DNA of 63,165 nt, the filler included. It is 4 parts of 4 records of this genome, joined end to end, with 100 filler letters (N's around TTAATTAATTAA, not from the genome) between each part and the next. Parts side by side here need not be neighbours in the genome. Positions count along the whole stretch, not along the records: positions 27,694 to 50,907 come from DRR723986_5612; 3 more parts are not named here. One strand, 5' to 3'. The stretch's first letter is position 1. Every line of letters starts with the position of its first letter. Under the pieces are notes generated by a model. It was given only the letters and a program-made list of their open reading frames with translations, searched no databases and was not told the DNA's origin. Made by a program: the position numbers and the translations under genes. This document shows positions 38,420-49,662 of the stretch, piece after piece.

Positions 38420-40318
38420 ATGAAAAAACACCTAAACGGTTCAGACAAAAAGTTGCCCGCATCCAAGCCCAAACAGAAGACAGAGATGCCCGTGAACAAA
38501 GCCCATGAAATAGCCGAAGCCAATGTGCAGCGTGGGAATGTGCTGGTCGAAGAGCTGGTGGCCTGCAAGGCCGATTATGCTGTAATCTCGCCCGGGTCGC
38601 GTTCAACGCCACTAACAAGTGCTGTGGCGCGCAACCCACATATGCGAAGTTTTGTGGCCCTGGATGAACGTGGGGCGGCATTCCATGCTCTAGGGTATGC
38701 GCGTGCTACCGGCAAAGCCGCAGTCGTGATTTGTACATCCGGATCTGCGCTGGCAAATTATTTTCCGGCAATCGTTGAAGCGTATAATGACCGCGTGCCC
38801 CTGATTGTAGTGAGTGCGGACCGTCCGCCGGAACTGCGTCAAACCGGCGCCAATCAAACCATGGATCAGGTCAAACCGTTTGGTTCGGCCCTGCGTTTTC
38901 AGGCCGAATTGCCATGTCCGGATGCGCAGCTTGATGAAGACCACGTGCGCACCCTGGTGGCACAATTGGTCTATCGTTCACGGCATTCCACACCCGGACC
39001 GGTGCATCTCAACTGCCAGTTTCGTGAGCCTTTACTGCCGCCGACACCCGCGCTTGCGCCGACCAAGGCCAGGACTGATGAGCGGGTACCACGCAGGCAG
39101 GCACATACGAATTACGTTGCGCCAATCTCTATCCCCCCGGCTGCCGAAATCGAAGCGCTGGCCAAACTCCTGGCAGGGCACGAGCGCGGCGTAATTGTGC
39201 TTGGCCGCCTGAGTGATGCGGTGGATGCTGCGCCGTCTGTTTTGGCCGCCGTACAGAAATTGTCCGAAACACTGAACTGGCCCGTTCTGGCGGACGTACG
39301 CTCGGCTGCGCGCCGCAACGGTGTGCTGCGCAATCGAATCGCGTTTTTTGATAGGATCCTGACGGACCCGACAATGTGTGAGGAGTTGCGCCCGCAAACA
39401 ATTCTGCATCTGGGAGACCAGCTCTGCTCCAAGTCCTATTTACAATGGACGGCGAACTACGCTCCCAAACGGTATATCACAGTCAAAGACCATGCCGAGC
39501 GGCATGACCCGACACACGCAGTTACGGTTCGTTTTCAAGCGGATATTGAGCAGTTTTGCCGCGTTCTGCTGGATGACCTGGAGCGGCAGCCGGCTGGTGA
39601 GTGGAGCCGCCGCTGGCTGGAAGCCTCGGAGCGGGTTGAAAAAGTTGTGCAGGCGCGCACGGATGCGGCTGCGGAGCTGAGTGAGGCTACCGTGGCGCGC
39701 ATTGTGGCTCAGCACATACCACGCCAATGGGCGCTCTTCAGCGCCAGTAGCATGCCGATTCGATATCTGGATATGTACTGTGCGGGCACTGAAGCCAGGG
39801 CTGTAGTGGCAAACCGTGGAGTCAGCGGCATCGACGGGATTGTGGCGTCGGCAGGTGGATATTGTGCCGGCTCCGGAACGGGAGTGACGCTCCTGATCGG
39901 CGATCTGGCATTGATTCACGATTTAAACTCCTTACTGCATGTGAGCGACCTGGCGGTTCCGCTGGTGATTGTTGTGATTAACAACAGCGGCGGCGGGATA
40001 TTTTCGCTCTTGCCGATTGTTAAACAGCGCGACATTTTTGAACGTTTCTTTGGCACGCCGCATGCGGCCGACTTTGGCTCGGGTGCGCAGTTTGCAGGGC
40101 TGACGCATCATTTGGCATCCGACCGCGCGGATTTTGTAGCCCGCTATCGCGCTGCGGTAGAACGCAATCAGAGCTGTGTGATCGAAGTGCGGACCGACCG
40201 CGAACAAAACGCCGAAATGTTAAAAACGCTCAATGCTGAAATATTGGTGGCGCTGTCCGGATCTGGGTTGTCCGGATCTGGGCAATCTGGCGCTGAGAGC
40301 GGAGAAGCGCAGTCATGA
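38420..40318 (+). CDS. menD: SEPHCHC synthase (start may be 38486)
   Basis: SPGSRSTPL, DERGAAF, ADRPPEL, ANRGVSGIDG, NNSGGGIF. Confidence 0.95.
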   Translation: MKKHLNGSDKKLPASKPKQKTEMPVNKAHEIAEANVQRGNVLVEELVACKADYAVISPGSRSTPLTSAVARNPHMRSFVALDERGAAFHALGYARATGKAAVVICTSGSALANYFPAIVEAYNDRVPLIVVSADRPPELRQTGANQTMDQVKPFGSALRFQAELPCPDAQLDEDHVRTLVAQLVYRSRHSTPGPVHLNCQFREPLLPPTPALAPTKARTDERVPRRQAHTNYVAPISIPPAAEIEALAKLLAGHERGVIVLGRLSDAVDAAPSVLAAVQKLSETLNWPVLADVRSAARRNGVLRNRIAFFDRILTDPTMCEELRPQTILHLGDQLCSKSYLQWTANYAPKRYITVKDHAERHDPTHAVTVRFQADIEQFCRVLLDDLERQPAGEWSRRWLEASERVEKVVQARTDAAAELSEATVARIVAQHIPRQWALFSASSMPIRYLDMYCAGTEARAVVANRGVSGIDGIVASAGGYCAGSGTGVTLLIGDLALIHDLNSLLHVSDLAVPLVIVVINNSGGGIFSLLPIVKQRDIFERFFGTPHAADFGSGAQFAGLTHHLASDRADFVARYRAAVERNQSCVIEVRTDREQNAEMLKTLNAEILVALSGSGLSGSGQSGAESGEAQS

Positions 40319-41136
40319 AACTGGCGCTGGAAATATGCGCGCCGCAAAACAGCGTGGGACCGCCGCTCGTGTTTCTGCACGGTTTTATGGGTTCGCGCGC
40401 CGACTGGCAAGCGGTCCGCAATTTTTTGGATGCTGAGTTCACGACTGTCAGCTGTGATTTGCCGGGGCATGGCGGGCAGGTTGAAATCCCAGAGAGTTTG
40501 GACTCCGTGCCTGAAGTCGCAGACTGGATTCACCAGGAGTTGCGCCGGCAGCTTGGCCGCCGATACATTCTGGTTGCTTATTCGATGGGTGGGCGCGTTG
40601 CGCTGCACATCGCATTACAAGAGCCGGATTCACTTGCGGGATTGTTGCTGTGTGGCGCATCGCCAGGCATTGAAGATGCGGCGGAACGCGCCGCGCGCCG
40701 CAAGTGGGATGACGCGCAGGCAGAGGCGATCGAAAGCGATTATGCCGCGTTTCTGGAGCGTTGGTATCAAATGCCGCTGTTCGCAAAATTGCGCGAACGT
40801 GCAGGTTTTGATACAACTCGGCAACGCCGCCTGGCGCAGAACCCCGCCAGCCTGGCCCGCGTGATGCGCACCCTGGGCAGTGGACGTATGCAGCCTCTTT
40901 GGCACGATTTGGCGCGCTTCAGCGTCCCGTCGCTTTTTGTAGCCGGTAGCCTGGATCAGAAATATTGCGCTCTGGCAGAGAGATTTAGTGCTGCGGTGTC
41001 AGTTGAGACGCCGCCGGTGCGGGCCGAGATAGTAGAAGACTGCGGACATGCTGTTCACCTGGAACGGCCTGACCGCTTTGCAGACATTGTTCGACGGTTT
41101 TGTTTAATACTTGCTGAAAAGGATCAGGGAACATGA
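40315..41136 (+). CDS. menH: SHCHC synthase
   Basis: LHGFMG, YSMGGR, SPG, G.LD.K, GHAVH. Confidence 0.92.
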   Translation: MKLALEICAPQNSVGPPLVFLHGFMGSRADWQAVRNFLDAEFTTVSCDLPGHGGQVEIPESLDSVPEVADWIHQELRRQLGRRYILVAYSMGGRVALHIALQEPDSLAGLLLCGASPGIEDAAERAARRKWDDAQAEAIESDYAAFLERWYQMPLFAKLRERAGFDTTRQRRLAQNPASLARVMRTLGSGRMQPLWHDLARFSVPSLFVAGSLDQKYCALAERFSAAVSVETPPVRAEIVEDCGHAVHLERPDRFADIVRRFCLILAEKDQGT

Positions 41137-41954
41137 GTAGCGTCGCGTGGCAATCAGCCGGAGAATTTACGGATATTCGATATGAAAAAGCGGAGGGCAT
41201 CGCCAAGATCACGATAAACCGTCCTGAGGTGCGGAATGCCTTTCGGCCCCTGACAGTTCGTGAGATGATCAAAGCGCTGGACGACGCACGTGACGATGAG
41301 ACTATCGGCGTTATCGTTCTGACCGGCGAGGGCGAAAAAGCCTTTTGTTCAGGCGGTGACCAGCGCATTCGCGGAGATGCCGGGTACAAAGATTCTGGTG
41401 GCATTCACCGCTTAAATGTGCTCGACTTTCAGCGTCAGATTCGCACATGTCCCAAGCCCGTGATCGCCATGGTGGCCGGATATGCAATCGGTGGTGGGCA
41501 CGTTCTGCACATTATGTGTGACCTGACAATTGCCGCCGACAATGCGGTCTTTGGCCAAACGGGGCCGCGCGTTGGTTCGTTTGACGGCGGTTACGGTTCT
41601 TCATATCTGGCGCGCATGGTCGGCCAGAAAAAGGCGCGTGAGATCTGGTTCCTTTGCCGCCAGTACAGTGCGCAGGAAGCACTCGATATGGGTATGGTCA
41701 ATACAGTCGTGCCGTACGAAAAACTCGAAGAAGAAACCGTGCAATGGTGCCGTGAAATTCTGGCGAATTCACCATTGGCAATCCGCTGCCTCAAGTCTGC
41801 CCTCAACGCCGATTGTGACGGTCAGTCCGGTCTGCAGGAATTGGCGGGTAATGCCACCATGCTGTTCTATATGACGGAGGAAGGACAGGAAGGTCGGAAT
41901 GCCTTTAACGAAAAGCGCGAACCCGACTTCGGCAAGTTTCCCAAGCGTCCTTAA
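41133..41954 (+). CDS. menB: DHNA-CoA (naphthoate) synthase
   Basis: [22 protein letters not shown]. Confidence 0.97.
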   Translation: MSSVAWQSAGEFTDIRYEKAEGIAKITINRPEVRNAFRPLTVREMIKALDDARDDETIGVIVLTGEGEKAFCSGGDQRIRGDAGYKDSGGIHRLNVLDFQRQIRTCPKPVIAMVAGYAIGGGHVLHIMCDLTIAADNAVFGQTGPRVGSFDGGYGSSYLARMVGQKKAREIWFLCRQYSAQEALDMGMVNTVVPYEKLEEETVQWCREILANSPLAIRCLKSALNADCDGQSGLQELAGNATMLFYMTEEGQEGRNAFNEKREPDFGKFPKRP

Positions 41955-41978
41955 GTAAATCGTTATGAGTAATTCGCT

Positions 41979-43112
41979 ATGTCCCAAACTCTGAAAATTT
42001 TGGGTCTGCAATTGCGGCAGTTTCGGCTGCCGCTCAACTCTGTACTTAACATCGCGGGTACGAACCTTAGCGAACGCCGGGGATACCTTTTTGTTTTGCA
42101 CAGCGGAGTAGATGCTGCACAATCTGTTTGCTCGTGGGGTGAAATGTCGCCGCTTCCGGGTGTTCATCCGGAAACCTTTGAGCAAATGGCGGCGCAGGCC
42201 GAGCGCTTGTTAACAGGTTTTACCGCACGTGTGCTACCGAACACGCGGCAGGAGATGTTTGAATTTCTCAAGGGCCTGCTGCCCGAATCCTACTGCGCCT
42301 CACTGCGCTTTGGAGTCGAATCTGCATTTCTGCAGGCGGCGGCGCGCGCTCAGGGAAAGCCCCTCGCTCATTTTTTGCGGCCATCAGGTTCTGAACCACT
42401 GGGCAGTGTAGCCATTAATGCCTTAGTGCCGGCCGGGCAGGAAATCACAGCAGCAGTTAACAGTTTGAGCACGTACAGTTCAGTTAAACTGAAGGTAGGG
42501 CGCGGCAGCAGTGCGCAGGATGTGCAGCGCGTCAAAGCTGTCAGTACAGCTTTGCGCCCCGGCCAAACGCTGCGTCTGGATGCGAATCGCTCCTGGGACC
42601 TTAAGACTGCGCTTGGGTTCGCCAGGGCTGTAGAGAGCTGCCCGATTGAGTATATCGAAGAACCGCTGAGTGAACCCGACAAGCTGGCACAATTTTATGC
42701 GCAGAGTGGAATGCCGGTAGCACTGGACGAGAGCCTGCGCGAAACCACCGCGGTGAATCTGCAACTGTTTGAAGGACTCGCCGCATTTGTGATTAAGCCG
42801 CAGTCATTCGGTGGATGGCTGGGGATGCAGCCGCTGCTGCGTGTGGCGCGCACATCCAAAATCAAAGCTGTAATCAGCAGTGTCTATGAGTCGGGACTGG
42901 GGCTTCACATATTGGCTCACTATGCCGCTGCAGCAAATCCCGAATCCGTTCCGGCCGGGCTGGACACCTACAAAGAGCTGGGCCAGGATCTTGTGATGCC
43001 TGCATTCCAGCCCTCCGGCCGGCCCGCAGCTGTAGAGCTGGAAGAATTGGCACGTATCCAGCTGAATGACCAGTTTACGGAAACGATCTCACTGCGCGAG
43101 TCACTATGCTGA
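41979..43112 (+). CDS. menC: o-succinylbenzoate synthase
   Basis: KLKVG, LRLDAN, IEEP, ALDES, GLDT. Confidence 0.92.
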   Translation: MSQTLKILGLQLRQFRLPLNSVLNIAGTNLSERRGYLFVLHSGVDAAQSVCSWGEMSPLPGVHPETFEQMAAQAERLLTGFTARVLPNTRQEMFEFLKGLLPESYCASLRFGVESAFLQAAARAQGKPLAHFLRPSGSEPLGSVAINALVPAGQEITAAVNSLSTYSSVKLKVGRGSSAQDVQRVKAVSTALRPGQTLRLDANRSWDLKTALGFARAVESCPIEYIEEPLSEPDKLAQFYAQSGMPVALDESLRETTAVNLQLFEGLAAFVIKPQSFGGWLGMQPLLRVARTSKIKAVISSVYESGLGLHILAHYAAAANPESVPAGLDTYKELGQDLVMPAFQPSGRPAAVELEELARIQLNDQFTETISLRESLC

Positions 43113-44554
43113 ATGCCGAAACCGAACGTGGAGCACGCAGCGGCCAGGCGCCGGACCAGACGCTGGACCTGGGAGCATATCTGCGCAGCCATGCCGGGGC
43201 GACCGCCGTCCAGCTGCGGAATGATCACATCACGTATGCGCAACTTTTTGGCGCGGCATTGCGGCGGGCAAAGGCGTATGACGCCGCGCGCATCCCGCAA
43301 AACGCTCGTGTGCTGATAGACTGCGCGCAGCAGTTGCGGACGATTGTTGAATGCTGGGCTCTATGGATTTCTGGCCGATGTGCTGTACCGCTCAACTCAC
43401 ACTGGAATGCGGCTCAGCGGCAGGAGTTTGCGGAGTCGTTTTCTGCTGAATACGCGATTAGTACGCAGCCGGACTTTGTGGCGGGCATACATCAAGTCTC
43501 ACTGGTGGACCTGAAATCTGTTGATTCAAAGGTTTGGGATCGGACTTGGGACCTGAGACTGAACTTCTCAGCGCCGGCGAGCATTATTGCTACTTCCGGC
43601 AGCACGGGAGCGCCCAAGGCCGCGCAGCACAGTATTGCCAATCATTATTGGAGCGCCGTGGGGGCCAACTTAAACATTCCCCTGAGTGTTGGGGATTTTA
43701 ATTTGCTGAATCTGCCGCTCTATCACGTGGGCGGAATGGCCCTGCTTTGGCGCAGTGTGTTGAGTGGCGCGGGCCTGCTGATTCCGCAATCGGCAGAAGT
43801 CGGAAAACTGTCTCTTCCACCTGTTGCAGCCACACATATTTCGATGGTGCCGACGCAGTTATATCGCGCGCTGCGCAACGGCTGGCAGCCCGCAAAGAGC
43901 AGGCTGAAGGCGCTATTGATCGGTGGCGGGGCAATCACACCGGCACTGCTTACAAGCGCACTTGCACATGGTTTGCCGCTTCACACGACCTATGGCAGCA
44001 CAGAAATGAGCTCTCAGGTGACGACAACTCCTGCCGGAGCAGACAAGCAGACGCTGCAAAGCTCCGGTAGAATCCTGCAGGGACGTGAAGTGTGTATTGA
44101 CAGCAACAATCAAATTCTGCTGCGCGGCCAGACCTTGTTTAACGGTTACGTGGTGCAGGCACACAAGCTACATACTGCCCGCGATACTGATGGCTGGTAT
44201 CTCAGCGGTGACCTGGGGCGTCTTGACAAGGCGGGGAACTTACATGTAATTGGACGCAAGGACAACATGTTCATCTGTGGTGGCGAAAACATTCAGCCCG
44301 AAACTATTGAGCGCGAATTGCTGCAGCTGCCAGGCATAGTACAGGCCGTCGTCCTCGGAAAAAGTGATGCAGAATATGGCCATCGGCCGTATGCATTTCT
44401 TGAATGTGAACGTGGCATCGACGCCGACTCAATTCAGAGTGCACTGCGTGAGCGACTTCCAGGCCTTTGGATCCCGATCGCGTTCACAGACCTACCGTTG
44501 AATTCGCCAGGATTGAAACCGCAGCGCAAAGTATTGAAGGAATTAATCAATTGA
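43106..44554 (+). CDS. menE: OSB-CoA ligase
   Basis: TSGSTGAPK, LPLYHVGG, YGSTEMSSQ, GRKDNMFI.GGENI. Confidence 0.92.
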   Translation: MLNAETERGARSGQAPDQTLDLGAYLRSHAGATAVQLRNDHITYAQLFGAALRRAKAYDAARIPQNARVLIDCAQQLRTIVECWALWISGRCAVPLNSHWNAAQRQEFAESFSAEYAISTQPDFVAGIHQVSLVDLKSVDSKVWDRTWDLRLNFSAPASIIATSGSTGAPKAAQHSIANHYWSAVGANLNIPLSVGDFNLLNLPLYHVGGMALLWRSVLSGAGLLIPQSAEVGKLSLPPVAATHISMVPTQLYRALRNGWQPAKSRLKALLIGGGAITPALLTSALAHGLPLHTTYGSTEMSSQVTTTPAGADKQTLQSSGRILQGREVCIDSNNQILLRGQTLFNGYVVQAHKLHTARDTDGWYLSGDLGRLDKAGNLHVIGRKDNMFICGGENIQPETIERELLQLPGIVQAVVLGKSDAEYGHRPYAFLECERGIDADSIQSALRERLPGLWIPIAFTDLPLNSPGLKPQRKVLKELIN

Positions 44555-44974
44555 CTACACCGTGTTACCCTGGTCAAAGAACTGAGACAGGTAAATTTGT
44601 TTGGTCCTGAGCTCAAAAAATGCTCTATTGCAATAACTGTTGTCGTCACAACATTGATAACGCTCGTTCTGTGTACAAGAGTCACTGCATTTTTTCCAGC
44701 TGAACGCCGCTGCGCAACCAAACGCACTTGCAATTGGCACCACAAAATGCTATCGTGCTCTGACGAACAAATACTCTCCGATGTTATCATGTGTGCCGCC
44801 TGTCACCTGCATTTTGGTCAAGTCGAATTCACCTACGGGGAAAATGGGTGTACTGACTGGCCGATAGGGTTAGCGATCTGGTACAAGAGGTTCTTGTCCG
44901 GGATGTGATGGTATTCCGATCGTTACGCGCACATTTTTACTGACATACGCTTGTAATCATTCAGAAGAGGTCGC

Positions 44975-47026
44975 ATGACTGATTCAGAAGAAGCTGCTGG
45001 AACCGGAACCGGTTCCAGGCACGAGGAACTAGCTGGAAACAGTACTGCCAACGAGCCTACGCCCGCGCAGTTGACTGCGGAAATTGCCGCGCTAAAAGCT
45101 GAGCTCCAAAGCTTTCAGGACTTGTATGACAATGCCCCAGACATGTTTGCATCCGTATCGGCCGAGACAAAATGCGTCTTGCGCTGCAACCAGACTCTGG
45201 CCGATCAGTTAGGATATAGCAAGGCAGAAATAATCGGCCGGCCCGTAATGGAACTCTATGCGCCTGACTGCCATGACGATGTCAAGGCAGCATTAATCAA
45301 GTTTACTGCCACGGGTGTTGTCGAAGATGCTCAACTGAAGTTACAGTGCAAAGATGGTTCGAAATTGCCGGTCAGTTTGAATGTTTCGTCGGTCAGAGAC
45401 GCGCAGGGCAAGATTTTATACAGCCGTTCAATCTGGCGCGATGCCACCATGCGTCACGCCAATGAAGCCGCGGCCATAGAACTCAATCAAAGTTTGGAGT
45501 CCGACAAACAGGTCCTGGCGGGCAAAACACGGTCTGCCGAAGATCTTTTTGCCTCCCTGTTTAGATTTGCCGGGATGGGGATTGCACTTGTCAGTTCCGA
45601 AGGCCGGGTCTTTGAAAGCAATCCGGCGCTGCAGGAGATCCTGGGTTACACCGGAGAGGAGCTTGCGGGCAAGTCCTTTGTTGAATTCACACATCCGGAG
45701 GATGTTGAAAAAGATTTGGGACTGTACCAGGAGTTGATGCAAGGCAAGCGCAACTTCTACAATTTAGACAAGCGCTATGTCCACGCATCAGGCAAAATTG
45801 TGCACGGCCGATTGACAGTTTCGCTGATTCGCGATGCCGTTGAAGGACAGCAATTCGGAATCGGTATGGTTGAAGATGTTACCGAGCAGCGTGAAATGGA
45901 AGCCAAGCTCCACGAGAGTCAAAAACGCTTTGAGCTGGCTGTTGAGGGCGCCGCCGACGGTATTTGGGATTACCAGCCGGACTCTACTTCAGTCTTTGCT
46001 TCCCGGCGCCTATTCCAAATGTTGGGAATAAAACTTAACGAAAACCGCGCGCCGCTCGCGTTTTGGTGCAATCGCCTGCACGAGTTGGACCGGCCGGTCC
46101 TGGAGCAAATCGTTGGTGAAGCCCTTGTTCACAAAAAGCGCTTTTCGCTGGAATGTAGAATCAAACATGAAAGCGGCACCTATAAGTGGTTTCAGATTCG
46201 CGGCGGGGTGGCCGTCACAGCCGAGAATGAGCCGGTGCGAGTTATCGGAGCACTAAGTGACATCGCGTTGCGCAAAAAAGCCGAGTCAACGATGAAGTCA
46301 ATCAATGAAAAGCTGGAGCGCCGCGTGCGCGAACGAACCGGAGCGCTGGAACAGGTCAACCAGGAGCTTGAGGCTTTCAGCTATTCCGTGTCCCACGATT
46401 TGCGTGCACCCTTGCGCGCACTCGACGGCTTCAGCATGCTGTTGATTGAAGACTATGCGGACTCAGTCGATGATACCGGTAAAGACTACCTGCAGCGCAT
46501 CCGCAAGGCCGCGCAGACAATGGGTAATCTGATTGATGACATCCTGCGGCTTTCCCGTGTGTCACGCCTCGAACTAAAATACAAGGACGTCAATCTCAGC
46601 GACATTGCACAATCAATTGCGCGCTCCATAAACAACAACTTCCCGGAGCGCAACATTGAATGGAAAGTTGAGCCAAATATTGTTGCGAAAGGGGATTCGC
46701 AGCTGCTCAAAATATTACTGGACAACCTGATGGGCAACGCCGTCAAATATTCGGCAGTGCGTGAGCTTGCCATAATTGAGTTTGGCAAAGAGCAAACGCC
46801 TGATGGTGAGCGTTACTTTGTGCGCGACAACGGCGTGGGCTTTGACCAGCGTTATGCAGGCAAATTGTTTAAAGCATTTCAGCGCCTGCACAACAGTGCT
46901 GACTATGAAGGAACCGGAATTGGCCTGGCCACAGTCGCCAGGATCGTTAACAAACACAGCGGTAAAGTTTCTGCCGCAGCTGAGCCTGATAAAGGGGCCA
47001 CATTTTATTTCACGCTAGGTATATGA
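44975..47026 (+). CDS. Multi-PAS sensor histidine kinase
   Basis: Three PAS domains; FSYSVSHDLRAPLR; DNGVG; GTGIGLA. Confidence 0.93.
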   Translation: MTDSEEAAGTGTGSRHEELAGNSTANEPTPAQLTAEIAALKAELQSFQDLYDNAPDMFASVSAETKCVLRCNQTLADQLGYSKAEIIGRPVMELYAPDCHDDVKAALIKFTATGVVEDAQLKLQCKDGSKLPVSLNVSSVRDAQGKILYSRSIWRDATMRHANEAAAIELNQSLESDKQVLAGKTRSAEDLFASLFRFAGMGIALVSSEGRVFESNPALQEILGYTGEELAGKSFVEFTHPEDVEKDLGLYQELMQGKRNFYNLDKRYVHASGKIVHGRLTVSLIRDAVEGQQFGIGMVEDVTEQREMEAKLHESQKRFELAVEGAADGIWDYQPDSTSVFASRRLFQMLGIKLNENRAPLAFWCNRLHELDRPVLEQIVGEALVHKKRFSLECRIKHESGTYKWFQIRGGVAVTAENEPVRVIGALSDIALRKKAESTMKSINEKLERRVRERTGALEQVNQELEAFSYSVSHDLRAPLRALDGFSMLLIEDYADSVDDTGKDYLQRIRKAAQTMGNLIDDILRLSRVSRLELKYKDVNLSDIAQSIARSINNNFPERNIEWKVEPNIVAKGDSQLLKILLDNLMGNAVKYSAVRELAIIEFGKEQTPDGERYFVRDNGVGFDQRYAGKLFKAFQRLHNSADYEGTGIGLATVARIVNKHSGKVSAAAEPDKGATFYFTLGI

Positions 47027-47039
47027 GTGAGCAGCAGCT

Positions 47040-47489
47040 ATGATTCCCAAAAAACCAATATTGTTGGTTGAAGATAATCCGGACGACCAGTTGCTGGCCG
47101 TACGGGCACTAAAATCGCATAACATTCTCAATGAAGTTAAAGTGATGAGCGACGGTGTTGAAGCTCTGGAGTACCTGTTTGGAAGCGACGGTACACCAGA
47201 CAAAGCCAATGTGATGCCGCAGCTGATATTGTTGGATATCAACCTTCCTAGAATCAGCGGTTTGGAAGTCTTACGCGAGCTTCGCGCACATGAGAGGACC
47301 AAACTACTCCCGGTTGTGATTCTGACCTCATCGCGCGAGGACCAGGATCTGGTTGAGAGTTATGAACTCGGTGTTAACTCATACATCCGCAAACCGGTCG
47401 ATTTCATTCAATTTTCTGATCTGGTACGGCAGCTGGGCTTTTATTGGTTGGTGTTGAACGAAGTTCCGGACCTACCGAATCCTGAATGA
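47040..47489 (+). CDS. Single-domain response regulator (Rcp-like)
   Basis: LVEDNPDD, LLDINLP, SYIRKPVDF. Confidence 0.93.
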   Translation: MIPKKPILLVEDNPDDQLLAVRALKSHNILNEVKVMSDGVEALEYLFGSDGTPDKANVMPQLILLDINLPRISGLEVLRELRAHERTKLLPVVILTSSREDQDLVESYELGVNSYIRKPVDFIQFSDLVRQLGFYWLVLNEVPDLPNPE

Positions 47490-47732
47490 TTTGGCTACCT
47501 GCAGATGTGTCTCAGAAGAGCATGTAATGAACTAACACTACGCGAGCGGCAGACGCTTGTGAATTCCAGCTAAGTGCTTCATGGTATTTCCACTCCCATG
47601 CAGCCGGGATAATCTTAAAGCATCATATGCTAAGATGAAAGACCCCACTTTGCTCAACTACCAGTTTTTCAATCACGTCGGCATAGGCACTTTCACTCAG
47701 TTGCTTCAACCATTGCGATTTAGAGGAGGATT

Positions 47733-49652
47733 ATGATGGATAAGTTAAAAGTATTAATAATCGATGACTCTTCTGATGACGCCTTACTCCTGGAACGTCA
47801 GTTGAAAAGAGATAATTTTGACTGTGAAGTTCAAGTAGCTGATTCGCGCACCTCCTTACATACCGCCCTTGACTCGATGCCACACCTGGACGTGGTGTTT
47901 TGTGATTATACTATGCCCGAACTCGGTTTTGTAGAAGCCAACAGAATTGTTCGTGGAAAGTATAATCTCGTTCCAATGATCCTCGTAACCGGTACAATCA
48001 GCGAGGAAATGGCTGCCGACGCGCTCAGAAGTGGAGTGCAGGACTTCCTGATCAAAGGGAAATTTACGCGTCTCAAGTCTATTGTTGAACGCGAATTGCG
48101 CACGGCACGCGCTCGCAGAATGCATCATCAAGCGGAAAACAAGATCAGCCGACTGGCCAGGATGTTAGATAAAGCTCAGGTAGCGATTATCGCGTTTGAT
48201 CTGGATTTCACGATTTCATTCTGGAATACCGGTGCCGCTGAACTCTATGGCTGGACGGAGTCTGAAATTGCATTTAACAAACTTGATGAATTGTTGTTTT
48301 CACATGCACCGGCTGAACATTCGCAGGCTTTTGAAACCACCTTACGCGACGGCAAATGGCAGGGAGAATTAACTCAAATTACGCGTGACAGCCAGCCGCG
48401 AATCGTGCAGTGTACATGGACGGTGCTTGAAAATGAGCTGGAAGAAACCGCAGGTATGCTGATGACATGTATTGACGTCACCAGTGGAAAAGAACGCGAG
48501 GAGTATTTCCTGCGCAATCAGCGTGTTCAGACAATGGGACTTTTGGCCAGTGGCATGGCGCATGACTTAAACAATCTGCTATCCCCAATTTTACTGGCCA
48601 GCAACCTCTTAAAAACACGTACAGATGATGAGCAGGCACTTAAACTTTTACACACTGTAGAACAATGTGTCAACCGGTCAACAAACCTGATCAAACAGGC
48701 TTTGCATTTCACCAAAGGGCAGGGACACAGGAAGAAGATTGTACGCGTGCGCTTTCTGCTGGAAGAGTTTGTACAACTCATTCGTAGGACGTTCCCAAAG
48801 AAGATTGAAATCAATCTTAAGGTTCAAAAGAAAAATATGCCAAAGATGCTCTGCAATCCAACGCAATTTGAACAGGTGATGATGAACCTTTGCGTTAATG
48901 CACGTGACGTTATGCCCAGGGGTGGCAAGCTTGAGATAACAGCCGAATCGGTGCATTTTGAACCCAATCAGACTGATCCACAGGAATTGAAGGAATTGGC
49001 TAAAGGAGACTACGTCGTTGTTAGAGTCGCCGACAGTGGACCGGGTATTCCCACATCGGTGCGCCCCAGTCTTTTTGAGCCATTCCAAACCTCAAAAGCG
49101 CCTGAAGAAGGCTCCGGACTTGGATTGTACACCGTCAAAAATATCATGACTGAATACCATGGAGCCGTCACGGTAGCCAATAATGAAGACGGCGGCGCTA
49201 TCTTTTCACTGTACTTTCCTGCAGAGATTGTTCATCAGGACCATAGCCAAGCTGCAGAAAAAGAACAACTGGCCGGGCGTCGTGAAGTCATCTTGCTGGT
49301 TGATAAAAATGAAGATTTCTTGCACGAGTTGCAAAACAAGTTAGAGCAGGAAAACTACGTGGTCTTAACTGCCACCGATGGTCCGGCGGCTGTGGCTATG
49401 TATGCCCAGTTCAAAACTTCCATCAGAATTCTGGTCACCACGTTTAACTTGCGGCGCATGGATGGTGACGCGCTCGTGCAAGCCTTGCGCAGCCTCAATC
49501 CCGAACTGCCCGTAGTTCTGATGAGCGCCGACCCTAAAAAAGTAGAACTGGGAGATCTGGGGAAGATTGAGCGAATTCGGTTCATCAAGAAACCGTTTGA
49601 AACTACTCAACTCCTTCGCGAAGTCCGCCATCAACTGAATGCCGCCAACTGA
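47733..49652 (+). CDS. Hybrid REC-PAS-histidine kinase-REC
   Basis: IIDDS..FCDY; AHDLNNLL; DSGPG; degenerate C-terminal receiver. Confidence 0.9.
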   Translation: MMDKLKVLIIDDSSDDALLLERQLKRDNFDCEVQVADSRTSLHTALDSMPHLDVVFCDYTMPELGFVEANRIVRGKYNLVPMILVTGTISEEMAADALRSGVQDFLIKGKFTRLKSIVERELRTARARRMHHQAENKISRLARMLDKAQVAIIAFDLDFTISFWNTGAAELYGWTESEIAFNKLDELLFSHAPAEHSQAFETTLRDGKWQGELTQITRDSQPRIVQCTWTVLENELEETAGMLMTCIDVTSGKEREEYFLRNQRVQTMGLLASGMAHDLNNLLSPILLASNLLKTRTDDEQALKLLHTVEQCVNRSTNLIKQALHFTKGQGHRKKIVRVRFLLEEFVQLIRRTFPKKIEINLKVQKKNMPKMLCNPTQFEQVMMNLCVNARDVMPRGGKLEITAESVHFEPNQTDPQELKELAKGDYVVVRVADSGPGIPTSVRPSLFEPFQTSKAPEEGSGLGLYTVKNIMTEYHGAVTVANNEDGGAIFSLYFPAEIVHQDHSQAAEKEQLAGRREVILLVDKNEDFLHELQNKLEQENYVVLTATDGPAAVAMYAQFKTSIRILVTTFNLRRMDGDALVQALRSLNPELPVVLMSADPKKVELGDLGKIERIRFIKKPFETTQLLREVRHQLNAAN

Positions 49653-49662
49653 GCTTGCATCC

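Noticed and set aside
44555-44974. Short ORFs between menE and the PAS kinase
   Set aside because: No motifs or RBS; treated as intergenic.
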